Assembly (NCBI RefSeq): GCF_036321535.1
Contig: NC_087472.1
Span: forward strand, 93,622,001-93,686,000
DNA length: 64,000 bases
From: Camelus dromedarius
Lineage: Eukaryota
Direction: 5' to 3'
The notes under the pieces were generated by a model that was not told the origin of the DNA, searched no databases, and saw only the letters and a list, made by a program, of their open reading frames with translations. The position numbers were made by a program, and so were the translations under genes. Below are positions 12,030 through 24,140 of the stretch, in pieces (position 1 is the stretch's first letter; each line of letters opens with the position of its first letter).

Positions 12030-12950
12030 CTCATCAAAAGACACCATTTTAAAACCTAAAAAGCCAGTTTATTTATAACCCATACAACTGACAAAGCAGT
12101 GTATCCAGAATGCACGAAGAAGACCTTTAAATTAATGAAAAAAGAAAATCCAAGTGAAAAAGGGACAAGATATTTTTTTAATATCAGTTATAGAAGAGAA
12201 TACAAAAATAGCTAATAATCTTATGGCAAATTGCACAACTTCATTAGTAAGTAGGGAAATTCAAATTAAATCTACAATGTAGATGTTCATTAGAATGGAT
12301 ACAATTGAAAAGACTGAAAATGCCCAATATTATTGGCAAGGATATGGAGAAATGGAGCTTTCATATACTTCTTAGTAGGATGTATATTGATAGACCTACC
12401 TTGGAAAATTGCTTGTCAGTATCTACTAAATTTGCTGATATGCATATCCTCTGATCCAACAATACCACTCTTGAGTATATACCCAACAGAAAGGCACATA
12501 TATATTCAATAAAACATGTAGGAAAGAAAGTTTATAAAAACATTATTCATAATATCCCAAACTTGGAAACAACCCAAATGCCACTCAACAGTGAAGTGGA
12601 TATATGAGTTGTCTATTCATACAATGGCACTGCTGCTGCACAAGACATCACTGATGAATATAATAGACATATGCAGCAAAAGAAGCCAGATATAAAAGAA
12701 TACATACTATATGATTCCATCTGTAAAATGTTCCAAAACAGGCAAATAATCTTTGGTTGGAAGTTAGGATAGTCATTATCTTTTGGAAAAAGGCAGGGAG
12801 TATGATAGGGCCTCTGGAGTGATGAAAATACAGTATTTCTGGGTCCTCATGCTTTATGTAGGTGTGTTCACTCAGTGAATAACTAATGCTGTTCACATAG
12901 GATTTGTTGAGTTTTGTATATGTAATACTTAATATTTTTAATTTTGTTTA
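12030..12950 (+). mobile_element. Old L1 ORF2 C-terminus plus 3'UTR (L1MD/ME-like)
   Basis: ttcattagtaagtagggaaattcaaattaaa, gatccaacaataccactcttgagtatatacccaa, aaacttggaaacaacccaaatg. Confidence 0.85.
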
Positions 12951-14313
12951 AAAAATTGTACCTACCTTCATGTGTTCTTAGAAATGTGAGATGATGTATG
13001 TCTCATGACTGTCACAAAGTAAGTATATAATGAATGTTAGCTAATGACATAAAGAAAGAGCCTACATAATATTTGCCCTTAAGTAGAACTGTGAATTAGT
13101 CTGGATAAAGAAAGAGTTAAGAACTGATACCCATAATCTCATTCAGATTAGGACAGTCAGGGGTTACGAGAACTGATAAGGGAGAGAATAATCACTTAGC
13201 TGCTCCTGAGAAAATTTATTACGGAGAGAGGGAATGGAGAGTGATGCCAAAAGGGGCACTGAAACATGTTAATAGAGGGTGGCCTTTAGTCTACATTGTG
13301 ATGTATAAGTTACCAAGCTTTGGTTAGACTGAGTAGGGTACGTAAGCAGAAGTTAGCACTGTATTGATTTAGATAGTACAAAACTATTAAGATGGCCTGC
13401 TAACTCATTCCTCTGGTTCTTTTCAAAGGTAGCTACATTATTAATGGAAAATAAATGGAAAGAATATTTATATTTGCAGTATTTTATCTTTAACAGAGGT
13501 TCTGATTTATATTTATCTGTAATTACTTTGTTTATCTTATGTATTTACACTTAAAAAGATTAACTTCTTGTTGTGACCAATTTCATAATATACTTTGGAC
13601 TATTCCTAGAAATTCATATTTTAACATTAAATTTAGTTCATTTATAATAATTTTAATTTGCAAGTTATGGTATTCTCTTTGTAAAACTACCCAGGTGTGT
13701 GTGTGTGTATGTGTGCATGTGCATGTATTCAGTGGCATTTAAAATACAATGTATGATCTTTACCTTTACAATTTCCAACCATTTATATATTGGGCTCATC
13801 TAGACCTTTATAAAATATAAAATCTGAAAATAAAGAATCAAAACATAAATATATCACCTTTTTAAAATGTCACATCTCTATTTGGTGGCTTGAATTTGTT
13901 ATTTATAATTATTGCAAATAAACCTGTTCTTTGGTAGAGAAAAACAAAACTTCCAATCCTAGCTGCTGTTAACTCTCAGTGTAGTCTCCATTTGGGAATT
14001 ACTGATCTGAGCCCTTACCTTAATACTTAAAGGGCATTTGAAGTATTTTAGAAGGGAAATGTATCACTTAGACAGTTTGCATGTCCTTTGGAATTGAGCT
14101 TAGTATTTGATTGTGTTTTCCTACATATTACAAATTTAACTATCACTGGGAATGAATCTTAGATGGTTACTGAAAGACTCAGCAAAAATTCTGACTTGAT
14201 TCATGGAGTTTGTCTTTGTGGATGGAGTCTTTCTGTCCTAAGTTAGAATGTGATACAACTTCTTATCATGTCGCTTATTTTTTTTTAAATATTGAATTAC
14301 AAACATGGTTTCT

Positions 14314-15844
14314 TTTTTTAATAGTATTTGATATATAGTTTTTTTTTATTTTTATTGTTTATTTATTTATTATTATTGAAGTATAGTCAGTTACAATGTG
14401 TCATTTTCCCATGTACAGCACAGTGTCTCAGTCATGCATATACATATATATTCATTTTCATATTCTTTTTCATTAAAGGTTATTATAAGGTATTGAATAC
14501 AGTTCCCTGTGCTATACAGAAGAAACGTATTTTTTATTTTTTAATTTATTTTTATATATAGTAGCTAATATTGGCAAATCTCAAACTCCCAAATTTATCC
14601 CTTCCCACCCCCTTTCCCTGGTAACCATAAGATTGTTTACTATGTCTGCAGGTCTGTTTTTGTTTTGTAGATGAGTTCATAGTGTCCTTTTTTTTATTTC
14701 TTTTTTTTTTTTTAATATTCCACATGTGAGTTATATGGTGTTTTTCTTTCTCTTTCTGATTTACTTCACTTAGAATGACAATCTCTGGGTCCATCCATGT
14801 TGCTGCAAATGGCATTATTTTATTCTTTTTTAATTGCTGAGTAGTATTACATTATATAAATATACCACAACTTCTTTATCCAGTTATCTGTCAGTGGACA
14901 TTTAGGCTGTTTCCATGTCTTGGCTATTGTATATAGTGCTGCTATGAACATTAGGGTGCATGTATCTTTTTGAATTAGAGTTCCCTCTGGATATATACCC
15001 AGAAGAAGGATTGCTGGATCATATGGTAAGTCTATTTTTAGTTTTTTGAGGAATCTCCATACTGTTTTCCATAATGACTGCACCAAACTGCATTCCCACC
15101 AGCAGTGTAGGAGGGTTCCCTTTTCTCCACACCCAATCCAGCACTTATTGTTCATGGACTTTTGAATGATGGCCGTTCTGACTGGTGTGAGGTAATACCT
15201 CATTGTAATTTTGATTTGCATTTCTCTAATAATTAGTGATATTGAGCATTTTTTCATGTGCCTATTGGCCATTTGTATGTCTTCATTGGAGAATTGCTTG
15301 GTTAGGTCTTCTGCCCATTTTTGGATTTGGTTGTTTTTTTTTTGTTATTAAGTTGTATGAGCTGTTTATATATTCTAGACATTAAGCCTTTGTCAGTCAC
15401 ATCATTTGTAAATATTTTCTCCCATTCCATGGGTTGTTGTTTTGTGTTGCTTATGGTTTCCTTTGCTATGCAAAAGCTATAAATTGAATTAGGTCCCATT
15501 TGTTTATTTTTGCTTTTATTTCTATTGCCTGGGTAGACTGCCCTACGAGAACATTGCTAAGATTTATGTCAGAGAATGTTTTGCCTATGTTTTCTTCTAG
15601 GAGGTTTATTGTGTCTTGTCTTATATTTAAGTCTAAGCCATTTTGAGTTTATTTTTGTGTATGGAGTGAGGGAGTGTTCTAACTTCACTGATTTACATGC
15701 TGCTATCCAGTTTTCCCAACACCACTTGCTGAAGAGACTATCTTTTCTCCATTGTATATTCTTGCTCCTTTGTCAAAGATTAATTGACCATGGGTCTGTG
15801 GATTTATTTCTGGGCTCTCTATTCTGTTCCATTGATCAATGTGT
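14314..15844 (-). mobile_element. Younger, 5'-truncated lineage-specific L1 with TSD
   Basis: ORF2 C-terminal ORFs 14847..15272 ([18 protein letters not shown]) and 14552..14815; TSD caaacatggtttct (14300-14313) / caaacatggattct (15845-15858). Confidence 0.95.
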
Positions 15845-16639
15845 CAAACATGGATTCTGAATGCAATATTTGATTTGGATCCTATAACAACACTTTCTTT
15901 CTTTTCCTTAATAATTACTTAGCATTAAATGTTTAAATATGCAAGTTGTTACTCCATTTTCTCAGAAACAGGGGAAATACACTTACTTATTTCCAAGACA
16001 GTTCCTTTTGTCTAAAATATTACTCGTTTTTCTCCCATTTAAAAATACATGTGAGGTGGATTTAAAATAGAAATATACCTAGAATATGTAAGCAGATCAG
16101 TATTTAGTTAAAAATCAGGCAACTATCTATCATGTTAATAAATGTGAATATGGTTGTGTTATTTGGAGACTCCATTCTGTAGCAGTGAAGAACTCAACAC
16201 TAATAGTTTTTTGTATTTTAAAAAATTAATTGACAAAATGGGTTTTTATAACCTGCTTTTATGTTACATTATGAATTTAATATATCCCAGGAAAGTTAGT
16301 AGACAGGTAACCTGCTGAATTATACGGCAATTACAGCTAAAGTAAAAAGTTGTGTTTTTTTCCTTCTTCTTTCTAGCAGAAAATTAAACAATTTCTGTAT
16401 TCCAAACTGTTACAAACTTAGTTTCCTGGTAGTTTATCCCAGTTTTCAATAATATGTGAAATAAACAAAGGACATTGTTCCTCACAAAGAAGTAGAAACA
16501 ATCATTAATGAAATATGTTTGTCTTATATTTGGAAGATACATAAATCCTCTAATATCAAATTTATCCAGTAAAATTTTTCTGTGTGTAACTATATGTTTC
16601 AAAATAAAGTATAAACATCAACTTAAACTATTATTTAAG

Positions 16640-18130
16640 CTGTACTTCAGATGTAGAAAGCAGAGACATACTCCTATTGATTATTTTTAACATTGAAAGT
16701 TTTGAAAAGGTAGTATCTGTACATGATTTAAAAATCAAAATAATATAAAATACATTTTCAGAAGTCTTCTTACTATCCTAACCCTTCAATCCATTCTACT
16801 CCATTGTACTGATAAATATTTTTATTAGATTTTATTTTCTCAGTATTTTATGCAAATATGAAAATATAATCATTAGCTTCATGTCATCAAAAATAGGTAG
16901 CATATATAGTATTTCATCTTGTTTTTTACTTTAAAATTTCATTGGTGATCATGTTATCTTGGTACATAAAGACTACACTTGTTCTTTTTACAGATGCATA
17001 ATATTGCATTGTATAGCTGTAGCCCAGATTATTTAATCAATTTCCTACAGAAATTGGTTTATTTCCAGTTGTTCACTATTACACTGCCTCAATGACTGAC
17101 CTCATTCATATGTCATTTAGAATGCATGTAGACATTTTTGTAGGGCAAATACCCAGAAGTGAGTATCACAGGTCAAAGGATAATTGTATTTGTATTTTGG
17201 TAAATAATGTTAGATTTCCCTGAATAGGAGTTACACCATTTATCACTGTTACCAGCAATGTATTAGAATGCTGTTTTCCCACAGCCTTACCACCATGTTT
17301 AAAAAATAATTTGGAACATGAAAGGTGAGAATAAACCATCTTTATAGTGTGTATTTCCATTTCTCTTACTATAAGTGAAAAGTCAGAAAAGTATTTATTA
17401 TGTTTAGAGATCATTTGTTAGAAAGTACTACCCAAATGTATACTTAGAAAAAATACACTTATAAAAAATATTTACTTTTGATACTTGTGCAGTTTCTTTT
17501 TTTTTTCCTATTTAAGTTTTTAATCCATTGAAGTTAATTCTGGTGTATACTGTGAGGGATAGAACTAAAAATTATCTTTTTCCTCCTAAATGGCTCCCAG
17601 TTGTCCAAACAAGATTTGTTTTAAAAATTGACTTTTATCAACTAATTTTTAGATTCCATCTTTTCCATATACTAATCTTCATGTTTATTCTGATCTATTT
17701 CAGAACCTTTCATCCTATTCCATTGCTTTCTCTATCTATATACAAATAAAATGTGGTTTTAATTATTAAGATCTTATGATATACTTTAATTTAATAGGGC
17801 TAGTGTCCTTTAATTGATTTTTAAGTGTTATCCTATGTATTTTTGCCAACTTCTTTTCCCCTATATACTTTTAAACATAGTTTCTTAATTTTAGAAAACA
17901 AAGCAAACACAACAACAAAACTGCTAGTAGTAGAGATTACATTAATTTGTTATTTATAAATTTTATAACATATAAATTCACTTTCAGAGGAATAGACATC
18001 TTTTTATCATTGAATCTTCCTAACCAAGGCATGGGATATATTTTTCCATTTGTTCAACTGTATCTGGGTTCTTCAGAAAACCTTTAAGTTTCATTTTAGA
18101 TTTATTTCTAGACATACTCTTTTTTTCTGT
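16640..18130 (-). mobile_element. Old L1 (L1ME-like) fragments
   Basis: Antisense L1 3'/ORF2 motifs (caaatacccagaagtgag..tcacaggtcaaagg; tttaatccattgaagttaattctggtgtatactgtgagg). Confidence 0.7.
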
Positions 18131-19549
18131 TGCTTTCTTAAAAAATGGAGTCTTTTTTGATTTTTACATAGATTTTGTTTATATGGAAGATGTATATTGA
18201 TTTTTAAAATTTCCTTAGTGACTGATTATTTATCCATATAATTTTTAATTTCATATTTTAGTGCTTTATTTTGGCTTTACCAAGGATAATGATGATTCAT
18301 TTATTGGTTTTGTTTTGTTTTGTTTTGTTTTGTGTTTCAATCTGAAACTCAAAAGAAAATAAGTGAGTTATGTCCACTGGTATTTATTTAAATATGTTTT
18401 GTGTTTTGCAGTCCCTCTTAATGTTTAGAACTTAAAAAAATCTTTGTCTAGCAGTTACCATTAAATGTATATATTTATATCTTATCCTTAGTCTTTTTCT
18501 GTAAACAATATCTGTTGGTGAGCAGCAGTGAAATTAATTAGCTTGTAAATTCTCCTTTTCCCCCTCCACCCAGGTCCAACTTGTTCAGTAGTATTACCTT
18601 TTATAGTATTTACCACTATTATGTTCAATATTATACTGGAAGACCCAGACAGGGCAGAAAGATAAAACTGAGTGAATGGATGAATAAATAAAAAGCACAC
18701 AACTTAACTGGGTAATAAAGAAGTAAAATTTTATTTGCAGATGATCTGATTATGCATGTGGGAAAATGTGAAAAAAAATTACACAAAAGTTACTACAATT
18801 AACAAATACATTTAGTAAAGTTGCAGTTTACAAGGCCAGTACACAAAAATTAATTGTATTTCTATAAAGTGTGAATGAATATTTAAGAAATAATATTTAA
18901 AGTACCATTTAATATAATGTAAAAATAAAAACTATTTAGAAATACATTTAATGAAGGATATTCAAAATCTGAATACTGAAAAATTACAAAACATTCATTG
19001 TTGAGGTTAAATTAAAAACATATATATATGTTCATGAATTAAAGGACTCAATGTTGTTAAGATGACAGTTCTTTACTAATTGACCTATAAATTCAATGCA
19101 ATCCCAGTCAAATCAATAGGTTGATTTTAACAACTATATGAAAATAAAAAGAATCTATAATAGCCAAAAGAGCTTTGACAAAGAAGAATAGCATTGGGAA
19201 ACTTACATTACTGATTCAAGATTTACTCTAGTGCCAAAATAATTAATACAGTGTGGTGTTGGCATAATAGAGTACATCAAGAGCAACTGAATAAGATCAA
19301 TATTTCACAAGTATCCCTACAGATATATGGCAATTCATTTTTGGCATAGTTGTTAAGGCAACTGAATGGAGGAAGGATACTCTTTTCAATAGATGTTACT
19401 GAAGCAATTGTATAATCTGTAAGGTAGAAAAATAATAACTGACTCTTTACATCATATACACAGTTTAGCTTAAAATGTTAGATGAAGATATAAAACTTCT
19501 TGAGGAATAGGATAAAATCTTTGTCATACTGGCTTTGACAAAATTTCTT

Positions 19550-19700
19550 CTTTTCTTTTTTTAAATAAACAGAAATATCGGACAAATACTAACCAAAGGA
19601 AAGCAAAAGTAGCAAAATGCATTAATAGAGATACATTAATACATTAAGCAAAGTACATAATACATTTGACATCATGACAAACGGTTCAAGTCACCAAAAA
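19550..19700 (-). mobile_element. About 150-bp retroposed insert with a perfect 13-bp TSD
   Basis: gacaaaatttctt at 19537-19549 and 19701-19713; T-rich tract at the left end, i.e. an A tail on the - strand. Confidence 0.7.
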
Positions 19701-19913
19701 GACAAAATTTCTTAAAGAGGACAAAAAAGCATGATTCATAAAGGAAATAAAAGGTAAAATAGGCTTCTTCTTTGATAGACATGGTTAAGAAAATGAAATT
19801 TCCAGCCACAGACTAGAAGGAAATATTTTCAAATCTTTTATTTGACAAAGATCTTGTATGCAGAACATATAAAGTATAAATTTAACTGAATATTAAGAAA
19901 ACAAACTATTTTT

Positions 19914-20973
19914 AGATTTTTTTATTGAAGTATAGTTGATTTACAATGTTGTGTTAGTTTCAGGTATACAGAAAACTGATTCAGTTATACGTATATATAT
20001 GAATCTATTCTTTTTCAGATTCTTTTCCACTAGAGTTTATTACAAGATATTTACTGACTATAGTTCCCCAAGCTATACAGTAGGCCCTTGTTGGTTATCT
20101 ATTTTATATATGGTAGTGTGTATGTGTTAATCCCAAGCTTCTAATTTATCCCTCCTGCCTCCTTCTCCTTTGGTAGCCTTGAGTTTGTTTTCTATGTCTG
20201 TGAGTCAATTTATGTTTCATAAATAAGTTCATTTATATCATTTTTTTAGATTCCACATATAAGTGATATCATATGATATTTTTCTTTGTCTGACTTACTT
20301 CACTTAGTATGATAATCTCTAAGTCCAACCATGTTGCTGCAAACAGCATTATTTTATTCTTTGTTATGGCTGAGTTATATTTCATTGTGTATGTATAACA
20401 CAACTTCTTTATCCATTCATCTGTTGATGACTATTTAGGTTGCTTCCATGTTTTGGCTATTGTAAGTAGTGCTACTTGGGGTGCATGTATCTTTTCGAAT
20501 TATAGTTTTCTCTGGATATGTGCCCAGGAATGAGATTGCTAGATCACACGGTAACTCTATTTTTAGTTTTTAAAGGAACCTCCATTCTGTTCTCCATAAT
20601 GGCTGCACCAATTTAGATTCCCACCAACAGTGTAGGAGGGTTCCCCTTTCTCCACACCCTTTCAGCATTTATTATTTGTAGACTTTTTGATGATGGCCAT
20701 TCTGACCAGTGTGAGGTGATTCCTCACTGTAGTTTTGATTTGCATTTCTCTGATAATTAGCGATTTTGAGCATCTTTTCATGTGCTTGTTGGCTGTCTGT
20801 ATGTCTTCTTCGGAGAAATGTCTATTTAGATCTTCTGGCCACTTTTTGGTTGGGTTATTTGCTTTTTTGATATTAAACTGTATGAGCTATTTGTATATTT
20901 TGGAAATAAATCCCTCATTGGTCTCATCGTTTGTGAATATTTTCTCCCATTACATAGGTTGTCTTTTTGCTTT
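19914..20973 (-). mobile_element. Younger 5'-truncated L1 with TSD
   Basis: Antisense L1 3'UTR and ORF2 C-terminus; TSD aaaacaaactattttt (19898-19913) / aaaacaaaccattttt (20974-20989). Confidence 0.93.
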
Positions 20974-21353
20974 AAAACAAACCATTTTTTTAAATGGGGG
21001 AAAAATTTAAAGAGATATTTAACAAAAGAAAATATACATATGGCCAATAATCACATGAAAAGATTCTCAGCATCACTAGTTATCAGAGAAATTAAACTAA
21101 AGCCATAATGATGTACACACTAGAATTGCTAAAACCTAAAAAAACCTGAAATACTAAGTTTTGACGAGGATATGAGGCAACTGATGCTTTTCTCATACAT
21201 TGCTGGTGGGGATGCAAAATGGTGTAGCCATTTTGGAAAAAAAGCCATTTTGACAGTTAAACATGAACATTAAACATACACTTATGACCCAGCAATCCCA
21301 TTTCTAGGTATTTACCCAAGGTGAATTTGATAAATAGGTCCACAGAAAGACTT

Positions 21354-21409
21354 TGTATTAGGGTTCTCCAGAGAAACAGAACCATTACTATGTATATGTG
21401 TAGTCATGC

Positions 21410-21452
<43 letters not shown>

Positions 21453-21899
21453 GATAGATAGATAAATAGATATTTATTATAAGGAATTAGCTCATGTGAT
21501 TATGGATTCTGAAAAGTCCTGAGATCTGCAGTCAGCAAGCTGGACTCCCAGGGAAGCAAATATAAGTTCCAGTTGGAAGGCGGGCAAGCTTGAGACTCAA
21601 GAAAAGCTGATGTTTCAGTCTGAATCTGGAGGCTGGAAAAGGCCAGTGTTCCAGCTCAGTTAATCAGACAGGCAGAGTTCTGTCTTATTTGAGAGGAGGT
21701 CAGGATTTTTGTTTTATTCAGGCCTTCAACTGATCGGATGAAGACCACACACATTAGGGAGGGCAATCTGCCTTAGTCTACTCATTCAAATGTTACCCTC
21801 ATCCAAAAACACCTTCCCAGACACATTCACAATAATGTTTCACTAAATATCTGGGCACCCCATGGTCCAGTCAAGTTGACACATGAAATTAACCATCCA
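21354..21899 (-). mobile_element. ERVL solo LTR (MLT2B/D-like) with (TG)n(GATA)n microsatellite
   Basis: tgtattagggttctccagagaaacagaacc...aaattaaccatcca; TG..CA ends; 5-bp TSD gactt (21349-21353, 21900-21904). Confidence 0.93.
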
Positions 21900-22869
21900 G
21901 ACTTATACACAAATTTCCGTACTAGCATTATTTGTATTAGCCCCAAACTGGAAAAAAAACCTATGTCTCATAACTGGTGAATGAATAAACAAATGGTATA
22001 TCCATGCTATGCAATAATACTCAGTAACAAAAAGGAAAAAAGTACTGATATACACAATAACATGAATGAATCTTAAAAACATGATACTAAGTTAGAAAGT
22101 AAAATGCAAAAGACTGCATAGTATATGATCCTATTTTTATCAAATTCTAAAAAAGACAGAACTAGTGATATAAAGCAGAGCAGTGTTTGCCTGGGGCAGA
22201 GGATGAGGGAAACAAAAGCAAAGAGTTACTAGGGAACATTTTGAATTGATTTAAAATGTTCCTGTTTATGGGGATGGCTACACAAATACAATTGCCAAAA
22301 CTTATCAAACTGTACACTTAATATGGATTGGTTTTATTATATGTAAATTATTTTTAATGAAGCTGGGAAAAAGAAGATGTTAATTACAACATTGTTTATG
22401 AAAGTAGAAATATAATATTTTATAATAGAGAAATGATCAAGTTATGACCTGTCAGTTGAAATATTATGCACCCACGAGAATGATGGAATAGAAAATGTAA
22501 TTGGAATCATACATGGTTGGTATGCTATGATTGAAGCTATTCAAAAAAATCACACATTTCAATAGAAACTAGAAGGAGAGCATAGGCATTTACAAATAGT
22601 CGTTTTAAGGAAATAAAAAGGTACATATTTAAAAATTTTGTTAAAATTTTTACAATAAATGCAGTTTAAAGTAAAATATAATAATTAGATATTACAAGTT
22701 CCATAGCCTCAGAAATACATCTAGTCTCAGTTTCCCCCATTTTGAAAACTGAATGATATGTTTTCCAAAGGGGCTTATAGTAAGAGTTGGAAAGCCAATG
22801 ATGTAGACAATCTGTACCCTAGATGCCTGAAGCACAGATTCCACCCTGGAGCAGAGCTCAAAGGCATTT

Positions 22870-23020
22870 TTATTTATTTATTTTTATTTGTTTTTGGGGG
22901 GGACGGGTAATTAGATTGATTGATTGATTGATTGATTGATTTAAATGAAGTTACTGGGGATTTAACCCAGGTCCTCATGCATGCTAGGCACACATTCTAC
23001 CCCTGAGCTATACCCTCCCC
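22870..23020 (-). mobile_element. tRNA-derived SINE, camelid Vic-1-like
   Basis: Reverse complement begins ggggagggtatagctcaggggtagaatg..gaggacctgggttaaatccccag (A/B boxes); (GATT)n within the tail. Confidence 0.88.
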
Positions 23021-23924
23021 TCTCTAAAAGTGAAGATTTTATAAATATGAGGAAGATGCTAGTATATAAGGAAAAGTGTTTTATTTTTATTTATTTTCAA
23101 TTATTCTTGAGCCATTTTATGACAAGATTTCTCTATGTGTTTTTCAATTGCTTTGTATCTTTCATGATATATCAGAATTAATGGGGAAAATGCTTGCATC
23201 TGACACTTAGTAACATTCAAGCATTTTTATTGGGTACACTATTATTTGTAGTGCCCTCACAATTTTACATTTTAGTTAGAGACCCCCTGTGCCTCAATCA
23301 TTCTCTGTTAATGACTTAGGCACTGGAGGCACATTAAAGCTTTTAACCACTAAGAAATCACAGGTCTTTTAGGAAATTGCTGCTGCCACGCATAATTTGG
23401 TACTCATGGCACTCACCTGTGCCTGTTGCAATTAGAGCTTTCCCCACTGATTCCACAACATTCTGAAAGAGTTAATGGACCTCTCTGATAGTACAACTTT
23501 CTAACAGGATCAGATAAATTGTTTCACTGCAGTCTAATCAGATTTCTTAACAAAGGTAAAAAGTGAGTTATTGGCATTCCAGTTTATCTGATACCATTGA
23601 AAAGGAACATATTTAAGTTATGCAATGATTGGTTCAACAATGTTAAAATGATAAAAATGCTAAAAGGTCTGAGGTAGAAAAGCAAAAATATTTTTATCCA
23701 TTCTGAAGAAAGGGATATAATTAATCTAGCATAAGACATCTTAGAAAGTCTGGTTGTACTTGGAGCTACAGTGAGATAGAAATGACCTGAGGGAAAAATA
23801 CCATTGTGAGTTTCCCTCCTCTTTGTTCTTATTGTGACATAACTTGAGGCAGTGATGCCCCCTAAATTCTTTTCCTGTGCCACTTCCTTTTGTATCAATA
23901 ACTTCCCCTCATATATTTTTTTAA

Positions 23925-24140
23925 AATTTTACTGACACTTACCATGTTCTGAGGCACTGTTCTAAGTTTTTGACAAATATTAAAACAAATATTAAAATAT
24001 TACTCCTTGTCATAACTGTATGAAGTAGGTATTGTGGACGCCTCTTTTTTAAATATGAGAAACCAGAGATCCCGGGACGTGAAGTAACTTTCCCATGCTT
24101 GTGAGTCTGGATCCGGCGTCTGTTTTCTTAACCATTGAGT
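23925..24140 (-). mobile_element. MIR SINE
   Basis: actgacacttaccatgttctgaggcactgttctaag...atgagaaaccagag...gaagtaactttccca. Confidence 0.78.

Larger units (their letters stand above)
18700..22365 (+). mobile_element. Old L1 (L1MC/MD-like) ORF2 to 3'UTR, interrupted by three later insertions
   Basis: tttatttgcagatgatctgatt (LFADD), aaattcaatgcaatcccagtcaaa, tatgacccagcaatcccatttctagg; 3'UTR to about 22365. Confidence 0.85.

Noticed and set aside
16384..16690. Overlapping 72-aa and 60-aa ORFs in AT-rich unique DNA
   Set aside because: No convincing splice sites or recognisable protein; expected by chance.
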